NCBI RefSeq assembly: GCF_006345805.1
Contig: NC_043000.1
Span: 163,060,001 to 163,124,000 of the forward strand
DNA length: 64,000 nt
Direction: 5' to 3'
From: Octopus sinensis
Taxonomy: Eukaryota
Of the stretch, positions 1-12,200 are shown piece by piece. A program made the position numbers and the translations under genes. Positions within the stretch are counted from its first letter, which is position 1. Each line of letters begins with the position of its first letter. The notes below the pieces were generated by a model, which was not told where the DNA came from, did not search any database, and saw only the letters and a list, made by a program, of their open reading frames with translations.

Positions 1-170
1 ACACGCATTAATTACAGGCAAGAAAAATCAAAACAAAATTTTAAAAATCTGTGTAGCAGTGGTGAAACCAAACAAGCATTTTGAGAACACTGAAAGTGTA
101 AAATAAAAATAAAAATAAATAGAAAGGGAAAAAGAAAGGAAAAGAAAATACGGTCCTGATAAAAGTTTAA

Positions 171-338
171 TACGTTCTGAGTTCAAATTCCGCCGATGTC
201 GACTTTGCCTTTCATCCTTTCGAGGTCGATAATTTAAGTACCAGTTACGCACTGGGGTCGATGTAATCAACTTAATCCGTTTGTCTGTCCTTGTTTGTCC
301 CCTCTGTGTGTAGCCCTTTGTGGGTAATAAAGAAATAG
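171..338 (+). mobile_element. 5'-truncated tRNA-derived SINE (family A)
   Basis: B-box GAGTTCAAATTCC, core GTCGACTTTGCCTTTCATCCTTTCG and tail gtaataaagaaata, as in the copies at 22793 and 46104. Confidence 0.85.
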
Positions 339-511
339 AAATTAATTGTTCGCTATCGTGAAAGTGGCTGATGTCGTAAACTCCAGTATTGTCCGTAATT
401 TATTGTTTCCATTTAAATGTGTTTATATTTATAAAATATTCAGTAGTATCCTATAAATCGGATTGTGTGTCAATATATATTTATGTGTGTGTGTGTGCGT
501 GTGTTTGTGTA

Positions 512-1218
512 CAGACATACCTCAGCTTAAGTTGTTTCGATTTAAGTCGTTCTTGATTATGCGTCGGTTTTCAAAAATAATATATGCAAAAATAAAAAAA
601 ATAAGTTAAGTCATTTTACTCAACCTTACGTCTGTCCGCCACAAATATTGGAATCGTAAAATCACTAGAAAACCGTTAAAAGCATATTAAAATCATGTAA
701 CTATACAATAAATAAGAATAAAAGCATATAAAATCATATCAAAATAGTACAGTAAATGTTAAGATACACACCATAAAGTAGTGTGGCTTAGTGAAAGAAA
801 TCATGAATTCAGCTGTGTTGTCTTATCGGTCTTTCCGAGCTCATATTGCACTGTAATTCCAATATCTATAGTTAGGCGTCGTTGTCACTCGTGATTCCCG
901 CGATTGTTTTGATTTCAGATTTGTTTATGTTTGTTTATCGACTACTTTCTCATTCTCATTCATTTGTGACTTTATTTTTTGTCCCTTTGGCTCCTAAGAA
1001 AATTCATAGTGAAAGTGCTAAGCATCATGTTATAACGCTAGAAGATAAACTGGCTATGATAAAACGCCATGAAAAAGGTAAAAAATTGGTAGCAATTGCT
1101 CGATTTTGGGGGATGAGTCGGACAACTGTATCGACGATTGTATATAACAAGGACAAGATTTTAGCACATATCGAATCTGAAGCCCCAGGGATGAAGAACA
1201 CTGTTATCAATAAGAGAA
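512..1218 (+). mobile_element. Tigger/pogo-type DNA transposon, 5' fragment with CENP-B-like HTH remnant
   Basis: Starts TA/CAGACATACCTC (Tigger-like TIR); ORF HVITLEDKLAMIKRHEKGKKLVAIARFWGMSRTTVSTIVYNKDKI is a psq-type HTH N-terminus, truncated. Confidence 0.8.
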
Positions 1219-1301
1219 AATTATTTGTTTTTAAACTTAAAATAGATTTTATTAATCATGTATTATTGAAAATGCATTCATTAATAAAGTAAAGAACGGG
1301 A

Positions 1302-1978
1302 ATGGATATTATCGGTTTAGCCTAGAGACAAGTAAATAAGTCCTGGTGTCGATTTGTTCGACTAAAGACACTGCTCCAGTATGGTCACAGACAAATGACT
1401 GAAACAAGTAAAAGAATAAATGAAATGTATATACATACATGTATAATAAATATACATACATGTATAATGCATATATATACATATATATGCATGTGTACAT
1501 TCATATATATATATATATATGTGCATGTATATATACGCATGTGTATATATGTATATATATTTGTATATATGCATGTATATATATGTATATATATTTATAT
1601 ATGTATGTATATATATATGCATATATATATATGTGTGTGTATATATATATGCATGTATATATATACATATATATATTATTAAAATTTTATGTATTGATTA
1701 AGTCTTTCCTTGTTTGTTTTGCAAAATAGTGGTTTTGTCTCTAATAATATTATATAATATTTTACTATAAAATTGGATTTAATCCTAAATCTGATTTTTT
1801 CCCTGTAAATTTGGATTTATTCCCTAATATTTATTATACATGTATGTATATACATTTCATTTATTCTTTTACTTGTTTCAGTCATTTGTCTGTGACCATA
1901 CTGGAGCAGTGTCTTTAGTCGAACAAATCGACACCAGGACTTATTTACTTGTCTCTAGGCTAAACCGATAATATCCAT
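1302..1978. repeat. 152-bp inverted repeat (1302-1453 and 1827-1978), arms derived from a family B SINE tail
   Basis: Arms read as exact reverse complements by eye; the spacer holds a TA-rich microsatellite. Confidence 0.9.
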
Positions 1979-2149
1979 ATTATATATACATATACATACA
2001 TATATACATACAAATATATACATACATATATATGCATGTATATATACATACATATATAAATATACATATATATACATACAAATATATACATACATATATA
2101 CATATGTATACATGCATATATACATACGTATATACATATACATACATGT

Positions 2150-3521
2150 GTATATGGTGATTGTCTACTCATTATGCAGATTTTGACCACCTCCTGTACC
2201 TACACCTTAGCACCATCGTGGCATCTGATGTGGCTTTTTAAACCAGACAAAGTTCTGAAAAGACACCCACATAGATTGCACATCCGATTTGGACGACCAA
2301 GAGCTGCAGATAAGTTCTGATCTTTGTGGATCTTAAAATGTCTTTTGAGGTCTCCGTTGGATTTGCAAACCTTCTGGCATACACTGCATTCAAAGGTGTG
2401 CAGACATATAGGCAGAATAGTTGGTGGAGGTTCACCTTCTCCATCGTTAAATTCTTCCTCAGATCTTCCTCGAAATCGAAATCGAATCGAAATTGAACCA
2501 ATCCTGTGACTGGCACCCGGCAGATGCCAGGACCCCTGGACTGGTGGTACGTAAAAAGCACTATCCGAATCGTGGCCGATGCCAGCGCCGCCTCGACTGG
2601 CTTCCGTGCCGGTAGCAAGTAAAAAGCACCATCCGAATTGTGGCCGATGCCAGCGCCGCCACGACTGGCTTCCGTGCTGGTGGCACGTAAAATGCACCAA
2701 TCCGACCGTGGCCGTTGCCAGCCTCGCCTGGCACCTGTGCAGGTGGCACGTAAAAAGCACCCACTATACTCACGGAGTGGTTGGCGTTAGGAAGGGCATC
2801 CAGCTGTAGAAACATTGCCAGATAAGACTGGAGCCTGGTGCAGCCTTCTGGCTTCCCAGATCCCCGGTCGAACCATCCAACCCATGCTATCATGGAGAAC
2901 AGACGTTAAACGATGATGATGATAATGATGATGATGATGTGCTCTTTTGAGTCTTACATACGTTACCCTAGCCTCTTCAAATGCTTTCACTCCACTCCAC
3001 ACCTTTGTTCACCATCCAACTCGATCCGAAGTAAGGGTTTCTATGCCTTCTGGATCCATTCCAAGTGACGCCATCCTTAAACCAATTTTTTTTTGTTTAC
3101 ACCGATAGCGTTTCCCCTCTGCAAGCTAACCATAAAACAGCTGTTTCGGCAAGCGTTCCTCTGCTATTCGAACAATATGGCCACACCGTCTCATTTGGTT
3201 CCTCAAAATCATAGCTTTAATTGAGGTGATACCTGCAGATGCAAAGACGTCTGTGTTTGGAGTAAAAGAACTCCAGTTAATTTTTAAAATGCGATGAAGG
3301 CATTTTTGGTGGAATTGTTCTAACAATTTAAAAAGCCTTTCATAAAAAGTTTCACAGAAATACAACAGGGATGATAAGACAAATGATTTGTAAAGAGCCA
3401 GCTTTATATACTTATTTATGTGTCGCTGGCACCAAACGCGTGACTCCAAGCCACCAAATGCTTTTCCTGCCCTTTGAATTCGCACCTGTATTTCTGTAAC
3501 AAGATTTCCATCGGCGTAAAC
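2150..3521 (-). mobile_element. Degraded 3' part of an RTE-clade LINE ending in two C2H2 fingers, interrupted at 2472-2938
   Basis: EIQVRIQRAGKAFG...LLYFCET...HIVRIAEERLPKQLFYG; joining across the insert restores LKRA-RGRSEEEF, followed by CSVC..H..H and CNLC..H..H. Confidence 0.88.
2472..2938 (+). mobile_element. RTE-type 3'UTR copy with modular GCCGGTGGCACGTAAAAAGCACC repeats and (GAT)n tail
   Basis: Very similar to 24880-25230 and 52380-52745; the same module series follows the RT ORF at 33130-33580. Confidence 0.88.
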
Positions 3522-3540
3522 ATATATATATATATATATA

Positions 3541-4015
3541 TATATGAAAAAACAAGTCAAAAATAGAAAATGCTAAGATAATTTATAGTGAATCTTTCAG
3601 TACCGTTTTCGGTCATTTTGAGACCTTTTCAACTGTAACGATTAAATAATTAAATTTAGAAAAATTAGAAGAAACGTTTTTTTAAAGGAATATTGTATAG
3701 TAGTGTTCAAATATAAGTGGCATTCTGCCTTTCTCTGACTCCCTTGTTTGCACTTGTGTGTTCGAACACACAAGTGCAAACAAGGGAGTCAGAGAAAGGC
3801 AGAATGCCACTTATATTTGAACACTACTATACAAATATTCCTTTAAAAAAACGTTTCTTCTAATTTTTCTAAATTTAATTATTTAATCGTTACAGTTGAA
3901 AAGGTCTCAAAATGACCGAACCGGTACTGAAAGATTCACTATAAAATTATCTTAGCATTTTCTATTTTTGACTTGTTTTTTCATATATATCAACTCGTGT
4001 GTTCCTTTCCACCCT
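3541..4015. repeat. Near-perfect ~450-bp palindrome with Penelope-like termini
   Basis: Centre TTC/GAA at 3763/3764 with no loop; arms 3541-3763 and 3764-3988 differ at a few positions; flanked by (TA)n. Confidence 0.92.
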
Positions 4016-4030
4016 TATATATATATATAT

Positions 4031-4062
<32 letters not shown>

Positions 4063-4693
4063 TGTATATAAATAGAATATAGTGGTTATATTTACATGCC
4101 GAAATCTACCAGTAAATAATTGTTGGTTTTTTGAAAAACCATCGAAGAAATTATTTACTTTTATTATATTATTATTATTATTATACATACATTCATACAT
4201 ACATACATACATACATTTATACATGTATATATACATACATACATATCTTTTCTCTTTTCAAAAAATCTTTCTCCCGGCGTTCACTATTTTCCTCTCGTTC
4301 TGGTCTGACGACCCTGCAATGTTTGTTTCCGTTCGGTGTCTTTCTATGTTTCCACTGTCATGTTTTTGTTCCCAACTTTGACCCTTCATAAATCCTAAAT
4401 TTTATTTTAGAATTTATAGGAGCATGTATATATTCGAACATGTATATATACGCATGTGTATATATGTATATATATTTGAAGGCTCTATTGTTGCTGAATG
4501 CTCGAAATGAGAAGTAGATAGACAACTGATGAAAGGTCCTTTCTCTGTGTTTTCTTGGCCTGTTTTCTATTTTTTCTCGTTGCTTGCGTATTTAACTCGT
4601 TTCTTTACGTATTTCATGTTATTTGCACCGTTTGTGACATCCTCTACCCATATATGCACACACACACACACACACACATATAATATTATATAT

Positions 4694-5030
4694 GCATGGC
4701 TCAGTGGTTAGAGCGTCGAGCTTACGATCGTGAGGTTGTGAGCTCGAATCCCGGACCGGGCTGCGTGTTGTGTTCTTGAGCAAGGCACTTTATTTCACGT
4801 TGCTCCAGTTCACTCAGCTGTAGAAATGAGTTGCGACGTCAGAGGTGCCAAGCTGTATCGACCTTTGTCTTTCCCTTGGATAACACTGGTGGCGTGGAGA
4901 GGGGAGGCTGGTATGCATGGGCAACTGCTGGCCTTCCATAAACAACCTTGCCCGGACTTGTGTCTAGGAGGGTAACTTTCTAGGTGCAATCCCATGGTCA
5001 TTCATGACCGAAGGGGGTCTTTACCCCTTT
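4694..5030 (+). mobile_element. tRNA-derived SINE (family C)
   Basis: A-box TGGCTCAGTGG, B-box-like AGCTCGAATCC, core GTTCTTGAGCAAGGCACTT; a partial reverse copy lies at about 13490-13730. Confidence 0.85.
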
Positions 5031-5276
5031 ACATATATATATTATATTTTATATATATATTATATATATAATATACATATATTATATTATATACATATAT
5101 ATATATATATCATATATTATATATGCATCTATTATATTATATATCTATATCATATATTATATATACATCTATCATATATTATATATATACACATACATAT
5201 ATACATATATACTTATATATGTATTTACAAATACATAACCGCGCGCGCATGCACATACATACATACATACATACAT

Positions 5277-5308
<32 letters not shown>

Positions 5309-5310
5309 GC
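5030..5310. repeat. Compound TA/CA/TACA microsatellite; similar tracts at 1430-1680, 1980-2150, 16550-16600, 26970-27130 and 38640-38970
   Basis: Directly visible; these tracts produce the spurious YIYI-type ORFs. Confidence 0.95.
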
Positions 5311-5556
5311 ACGCACGCACGCGGCTAGCTGGCAGAATCGTTAGCGCGTGAATTTAAACTCCTCCGCCGAGGTCGACTTTACCTTTTATCCTTTCGAGGT
5401 CGATACAATAAGTATTAGTTGATCACTGGGGTCGATGTAATCGACTAAAACCATCTCTTTCTATATTTTCGCTGACCTTGCGCCAAAATTTAAAACCATG
5501 TCGTTTGTGTCCCATTTAATTGATGTTGTTAATTTTCAGCGTGTTGATGATGCGTG

Positions 5557-8048
5557 GTGAGGGTGAGGATTCTCCCTAAAAAAGTCCATCGCTCCAAGAA
5601 AGTGGGCCGACCACGCATCAACACCGCCAGAACCTCGGACCCTACACTGCGAAAATGTTTTGCTGCTTCTATCAAGGTTGCCCTCAGTAGCTGCCCAACC
5701 TCCTCTGCTGAAAGTAGGTGGGACTATATCAAGGAAGCCTTGTATACGACATCATTGGATACTTTCGGCATGAGAGAAAGGCAAAACCCAGATTGGTTCA
5801 ATGCTGGGCTCTCAGAGCTGGAGCCAGTTATCGAAGCAAAGCGTGCAGCTCTGGTGCAATACAAGAGTGACTCTTCTACAAAGTCACTCGAAGAACTCAG
5901 AAAGGCACGAAATAAAACCCAACTGACAACCAGACGCTGTGCAAATAGGTATTGGCAGGAAATCTGTCAGAGTATCCAGTCAGCTGCTGACAGGGGCGAC
6001 ACCCGTGGGATGTATGCTGGTTTGAAGAAGGCCCTCGGTCCATCCGCAACCAAGTCAGCCCCTCTGAAATCAACTACTGGAGATCTCATCAGGGATCAAG
6101 GCAAGCAAATGGATAGATGGGTGGAGCCCTACCAGGATCTCTACTCACGGGAGACCACAGTGGCTGAGGCTGCAGTCGAGAGTGTCAAGATCTTGCCAGT
6201 CATGTGCGAACTTGACAGTCCGCCATCTATAGCAGAGCTCACCAAGGCTGTTGACTCCCTAGCAAGAAATAAGGCTCCGGGAAAAGACGGCATCCTCTCA
6301 GAGATCATCAAAGCCGGCAAAAACACCATCCTGCTTCGGCACCTTCATGAGCTTCTGTGTCAGTGCTGGGAAGAGGGTACAGTCCCTCAGGATATGCGGG
6401 ATGCCAACATCATTACGCTCTACAAAAACAAAGGTGACTGTGGTGATTGTAACAATTACCGTGGTATATCCCTTCTAAGCACTGTTGGAAAGACCTTTGC
6501 CCGCGTTATCCTGGCCAGGCTACAACTACTTGCTTCTCGAATCTATCCGGAATCGCAGTGTGGCTTTAGAAGAAGCAGATCAACTATCGATATGATATTC
6601 TCCATACGCCAACTTCAGGAGAAGTCCAGAGAACAGAAAATGCCATTATATATGGCCTTCATTGATCTAACAAAGGCTTTTGACTCGGTAAGCAGAACAG
6701 GCCTCTTCCTCCTGCTCCAAAAAATCGGATGTCCACCAAAGCTGCTGAGGATCATCAAGTCTTTCCATGATGACATGCAAGGCACCATACAGCACAACGG
6801 TTCAACATCAGCCGCCTTCCAAATAAAAAACGGGGTAAAGCAAGGCTGTGTCCTCGCTCCTACATTGTTTGGCATCTTCTTCTCACTCTTGCTGTCACAT
6901 GCCTTTCAGACATCAGATGATGGAGTGTTTCTGCACAGTAGAAGTGACGGGAAACTGTTCAATCTCTCGCGCCTGCGTGCCAAGACCAAAATCAGAAACG
7001 TCCTGATCAAGGAGATGTTATTTGCTGATGATGCCGCTCTGGTAACACACACAGAAGAAGCCCTCCAAAGGCTCATTAACTGTTTTGAGCAAGCATGTAA
7101 CGACTTTGGCTTAGCTATCAGCCTTAAGAAGACCAACATCATGGGCCAGGCTACATCGGACATCCCAAACATACATATTGGAGACCACAGATTACAAGAG
7201 GTGAAGTTTACCTATCTGGGCTCTACCGTCACCTACAACCTTTCCCTTGACGCTGAGCTCAATATACGCATTGGCAAGGCAGCTGCTGCGATGGCCCAAC
7301 TCTCCAAACGGGCTTGAGACAACAATAAGATGACCAAGACCACAAAAATGAAGATCTACCAGGCATGTTTACTCAGCACTCTACTGTATGGAAGCGAGAC
7401 CTGGACGCTATACACACGCCAAGAGCGTCGCCTAAACATCTTTCACCTGCGCTGCCTCCGAAAAATCCTCCACATCAAATGGCAGAATCATATCCCCAAC
7501 AAAGATGTCCTCAGGCAAGCAGGAATACCAAGCATGTTTGCACTCCTCACACAAAGAGATGGCTTGGGCATGTTAGCCGTATGAAAGATGGCAGAATCCC
7601 CAAGGACATACTCTACGGAGAGCTTGCTAGGGGTACTAGGTCTGTGGGTAGACCGATCCTACGTTACAAGGATGTTTGCAAAAGGGATATGAAGGCCTGC
7701 AACATCAACATTAGCGGTTGGGAGGCAGTCGCCGGCAACCGTGGAGAATGGCGACGTACAGTAAAAGAGGGTATACAGAGGAGTGACAGAAAGAGAGAGG
7801 AGAAATGGAAAGAAAGGAAGAGACATAAACAAGAGACTATGGCACTACAACCAGCCAGGAACAGTCTTCGCTACATTTGCAGTACCTGCCAGAGGGAGTG
7901 TTTGTCCAGGATAGGACTACACAGCCACAGCAAGAAATGTAACAGGAAATAAAATATAACAGCCGGACTAGACCTAGAAAAAAAAAAAAAAATGCGCAAC
8001 TCCATTGTCTCCCGAGACAGAAAGGATGCCAATACAATACAATACCAA
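5557..8048 (+). mobile_element. 5'-truncated RTE-clade LINE (RT region plus C-terminal Zn finger) with 12-bp TSD
   Basis: ORF with NYRGISLL, QCGFR, FIDLTKAFD, GVKQGC, LFADD; TGA at 7315 in place of Trp and a frameshift near 7560; (AATAC)n tail; TGATGATGCGTG at 5545-5556 and 8049-8060. Confidence 0.96.
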
Positions 8049-8060
8049 TGATGATGCGTG

Positions 8061-9260
8061 ATTAGGGAAGGTTAGAGAAGAATGAAGGTCAGTAACATCT
8101 AAACAAGAGTGGATGTTGTTGAGTGTAACAGCAAGCAGGTCAATTATATATATAGAGAGAAAAGTGTGAAGAACAAAAGTGGAGCACAACGGATATGTTA
8201 AAGTGTGGATCTTAAAAAAGCTCCATCAACACGTTGCGATAATGCTGTCAGAAAGAGAACTACAAATTGAAGAGATGAGAGACGAATGGAACCCATAGGC
8301 AACCAGTTTCAATAAAAGATTTGAATACCAAATATGGTCGAAAGCTTTGCTTGTGTAGAAGATAGTAACATTGCTTTCATAAATGTTCTTTAATATGAGA
8401 CCTCTGGCTTACGGAAACCGTACGCGTCGTTAAGGAGAAGGAGAGATGAGAAAGAGAAAGATAGATAGGGAGAGAGAGATACAAGGTGGTAGAGAACATT
8501 GTTGTTAATGGTTGTTAGAACTAGCAGAATCGTTAGCATGCTGGACAAAGTGCATTTTTAATTTTCTGGCTTTACGTTCGGAGTTCAAATTCCCCGCGAG
8601 GTCGACTTTGCTTTTCTTCCTTTCGGGGTCGATAAAATAAGTAGCAGCTGAGAACTGGTGGTCGATGTATTCGGTTAGACCCACCACCACACACACAAAA
8701 TTTCAGGCCTTGTTCCTGTTGGAGAAAGAATTATTTTAGAGAAATTGGAAGTGAGTGTGATAGGAGGGTAGTCAGCAGGGTCAGTATTTACCTTTCTTGA
8801 GGATGAGATACAGTCTAAATTGCTTCCAAAAATAAAAGTATATTCCTGTATTGACAGAAGAATAAAATAGTTTAGTAAACGCAGAGACAAGCTCAGGGAT
8901 GTTTAAGGACAGAGGTATCAAGGCCGGCGGTCTTTTCGTTTGAAACAACCGGAGGTACTTTCGCATCGAGCGTGTGTGCATGCAAAGTGAGGAACCTGAT
9001 GAGACAGAAAGAGACAGATTTGTCGGGAGATATGCCAATGGTGTAGTGTGGAATTGGTTGCAACTCGAGAAGTAAAGGTGAAGGCTTTCTCCGAAATGGT
9101 ACTGCTCGTAGAGTCATGGTTGAGATATGGAAGAAAGCAAATTCTACAAATTTGGGGAAAATTCTTTTCAGCAAGGAAGACGGCAATATAAAGCATGATT
9201 GTAAATATTTTAAACTTCAAAAATAAAACAAACATCGAGAAATTCTAGGAAATACGATGT
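8061..9260 (-). mobile_element. Highly decayed CR1/L2/Jockey-like LINE RT, interrupted by a SINE at about 8510-8735
   Basis: Remnants PELVSAFTKLF..G..WK...ILKKG, DPADYPPITLTSNFSKI and FLSIYIIDLL...IHS resemble RT motifs 0-5. Confidence 0.65.
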
Positions 9261-12200
9261 GGTTTCAGAGAAAACAATTTAACGAAGGAGCGGAATAAAC
9301 TGAAAATTAAGTAAAATACGAGACAGGTATGAACACCTACGCAACATTTAGATGTTAATGATTATTTAAACAAAAATTCCTTGCGGTTTTTCCTAATGAC
9401 TATTAATGTCTTAAGTCCAGATTCCGCTAGAGTTAATTTTGCCTTTCATCCTTTCTGGATCGATAAAATAAACATCAGTAATGGTGTCGATATAATTTAT
9501 TATAAGCAACCACCAGATTAGTGGTTTTGTGTGCATCAAAATTATTTATACAGAAAACTTTTGCGGTATTTAGATATATACCTTGACGTTCTGAGACCAA
9601 TTCTCGCCAAGGCAACATTGCCTCTCATTCTCACATTCTCAGTGAATAAAATAGTCGTTATATATCCGTATGTATTGTACTCAGTTCAAATCTTCGTAAC
9701 ATCGTGCCCGTGTGCTGATGTTACGAATCAGATGGAAACGACAGACACCATATAAAATACCTCGCAGCATTTAATTCTCTTGCGATCTGATTTCAAATTC
9801 CACTCAGGTGGACTTTACCTTTTATTCTACAAAATCGATTTTTACCCTTCACTAAATTAAGCCTGTTACTTGTTCAAATCACTTTTTGGTTCTTGATTTC
9901 GTATACAAAATAGCTAGAAATTTAAATGAATCTCCGTTGATTTTAGTGACAAGCATTCCAAATGTCTGACCATAAGAATAGTCTACTCAATGAATCAGCA
10001 TGTAAATGGCTGGGTATATCTTAGATACATGTACCTACAATACAATCGCAGGGTAGGGTCAATCAGTGATTTAAAAAACTTGTCCTTTGAATTACAGGTC
10101 CAGACCATCAATGGGTTTCCAGACAGTTTCTATCTACTTAGTTTCAGTCACAGGTTTTGGATCAACCTGATGCTATGGCAAAAGGATAGGAAAAAAAAAA
10201 ATCAACATAAACACCTTGCCTATGCTGCTATGCAATGGGATTGAATCTGATATATCATGAATGTAAACCGGATAGCTTAACTGTTTGGCCATGCCTATGT
10301 ATATAACTACCTTGCTGTATATAACTACCTTCATTGCTAGTTCACATTGTTTGCTATGACAACCCAGTTATTGGTGCTCATATGACACCATAAGCCACAC
10401 CTGGCATGGAATTGTTATAATGGATTAATTCAACCACAGTACCTAACTAGTTTTTTTCATTTTATTGACCTCAAAAAGAAGAAAAGCAAAGTTAAATTTG
10501 GCAAGATTTGAATGCACAAAGCAAAAGAAAACACAACTAAATAATGCAATCTATTTTTGTCCAATAACCGACTGACTTTACCATGTGAACATTGTGATGG
10601 CAAAAGTAGTAGGATGTCGATAAATTAGGTGATTATGCAACATTTAGTTACATTCCTTGACATTGTAGTTCTAATGTTACCCCAAATTCAAATTTTTCCT
10701 GGTTGCTGATAATATAAACACTGGTGTTGATTTCCATCAATTGTATACTCCAAACACACGCTGGCCAACGAAAATTAAGTCCCCTGAATACTTTGCACCA
10801 CATTTTCAATATTATCGATTGAAAATATCGATCCTCTCCTTTTACCTCCAGTTAAACTTCACGGTTTAAAAGAAAATATTTTGCTAAGACACAATATATA
10901 AATTATTGCAAGTGTGAGGTGTCAACTATCTGAACCGACCAATGATGATATCATGGGAGGAGGGTGAAGTCAACATTAGGGTAATTTTTTACTACTAATA
11001 AACCACTGCATGTAGCAGTAAATGCAATGCAGGAAGTAGTCATCTCTATTCAACATTAACTTGCTAGAAGCAATTGAGTCTCTATGTAACTACCTGGACA
11101 GCTAAAAATAGAAGCCAAGTCTCCCCTACTTCATTAACCTTTTCTTTTATTTTCAGATGTTCTTTGTTTCTTTCAATTACTTTAAATATAACAAAGAATC
11201 TAGTAAAATAACTTTGTTATCATTAAGCTAGTGTTAAGAGCATAAATTGTGACTAAGGTTTAGTGAAAGATTTTTAATTCAAAACTTACAAAAACAGAGC
11301 CAGAGCCAGATTGGTAACGAAAGGGTTAAAGGTGGATACATTAGACAAAAGAAGAAAAGATGGCCATGGCTGGAACTATTCTAATCATACTAAAGTCTGG
11401 CCCTTTCAACTAGAGTTCCAAGCCATCACTATGCTTCCAAACAATTTCTATTTCTACCTAGCTTCATTCACAAGGCTTGGGTCTATGTCAGAATCAAGAG
11501 TTCAAATCCTTGCATGACTAACATTATCTTTCATCCTTTTGTGGTTAATATAATAAAGTAACAAGGTGGTGAGCAGCATTTTGTTCATTTTCACACTCTG
11601 AGTTAAAATTCTGCCAAAGTCGACTTTGCCTTTCATCCTTTCAGGTTCGATAAAATAAGTATCAGTTAAATACAGCAATCGATGAAATCAACTTACTCCC
11701 TCCCCAAGAATTGCAAGCCCCATGTCAAAATTTGAAATCAATATAACAACTAAACACCAGAGTTAATTTTATTAATTATAGCTTCCATCAAAAATACCAG
11801 TCATATAGTAGAGTTTACTTCATTAATTATACTTTCCCTCAAATGTATCAGTCAAGTACTGAGGCTGAATTAGTCAACAACATCCTCCTTGAAATTTTTT
11901 CTCCGTGTGCCAATGTTAGAGCTCATTAGTGCCAAATAAATTACCTTGCAGCAATTAGCTGTACCCACATTTGATTAGGTCTCATCAGAGTTGATTTTAC
12001 CTTTCATCCTTCTAGTGTGCCAATAAAGTAAGTACCAATCAAGTACTGAAATTAATTTGGTTAGTTTCAGCCAGTCGTACATAAAAGCTATCATTTTATC
12101 TGTTATTATGTCTTTATATGTTCTGCAGTCACCTACCATGGAAGTCAACTATAAAATTCCCTATAATTTTGTGGCTTTTGTCAATGTATGAAATCTTAGA

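Noticed and set aside
1309-2190. Many YIYI/MYVC-type ORFs, here and at 5004, 26844 and 38614
   Set aside because: Translations of TA/CA microsatellites.
2500-2780. Repeat-spacer pattern read as a CRISPR array
   Set aside because: The spacers are homologous to each other and recur in dispersed copies; the context is a eukaryotic LINE 3'UTR with no cas genes.
4520-4560. CTGATGA motifs (also about 40348 and 43945) as hammerheads
   Set aside because: No stem II followed by GAAA and a GUH site on the same strand.
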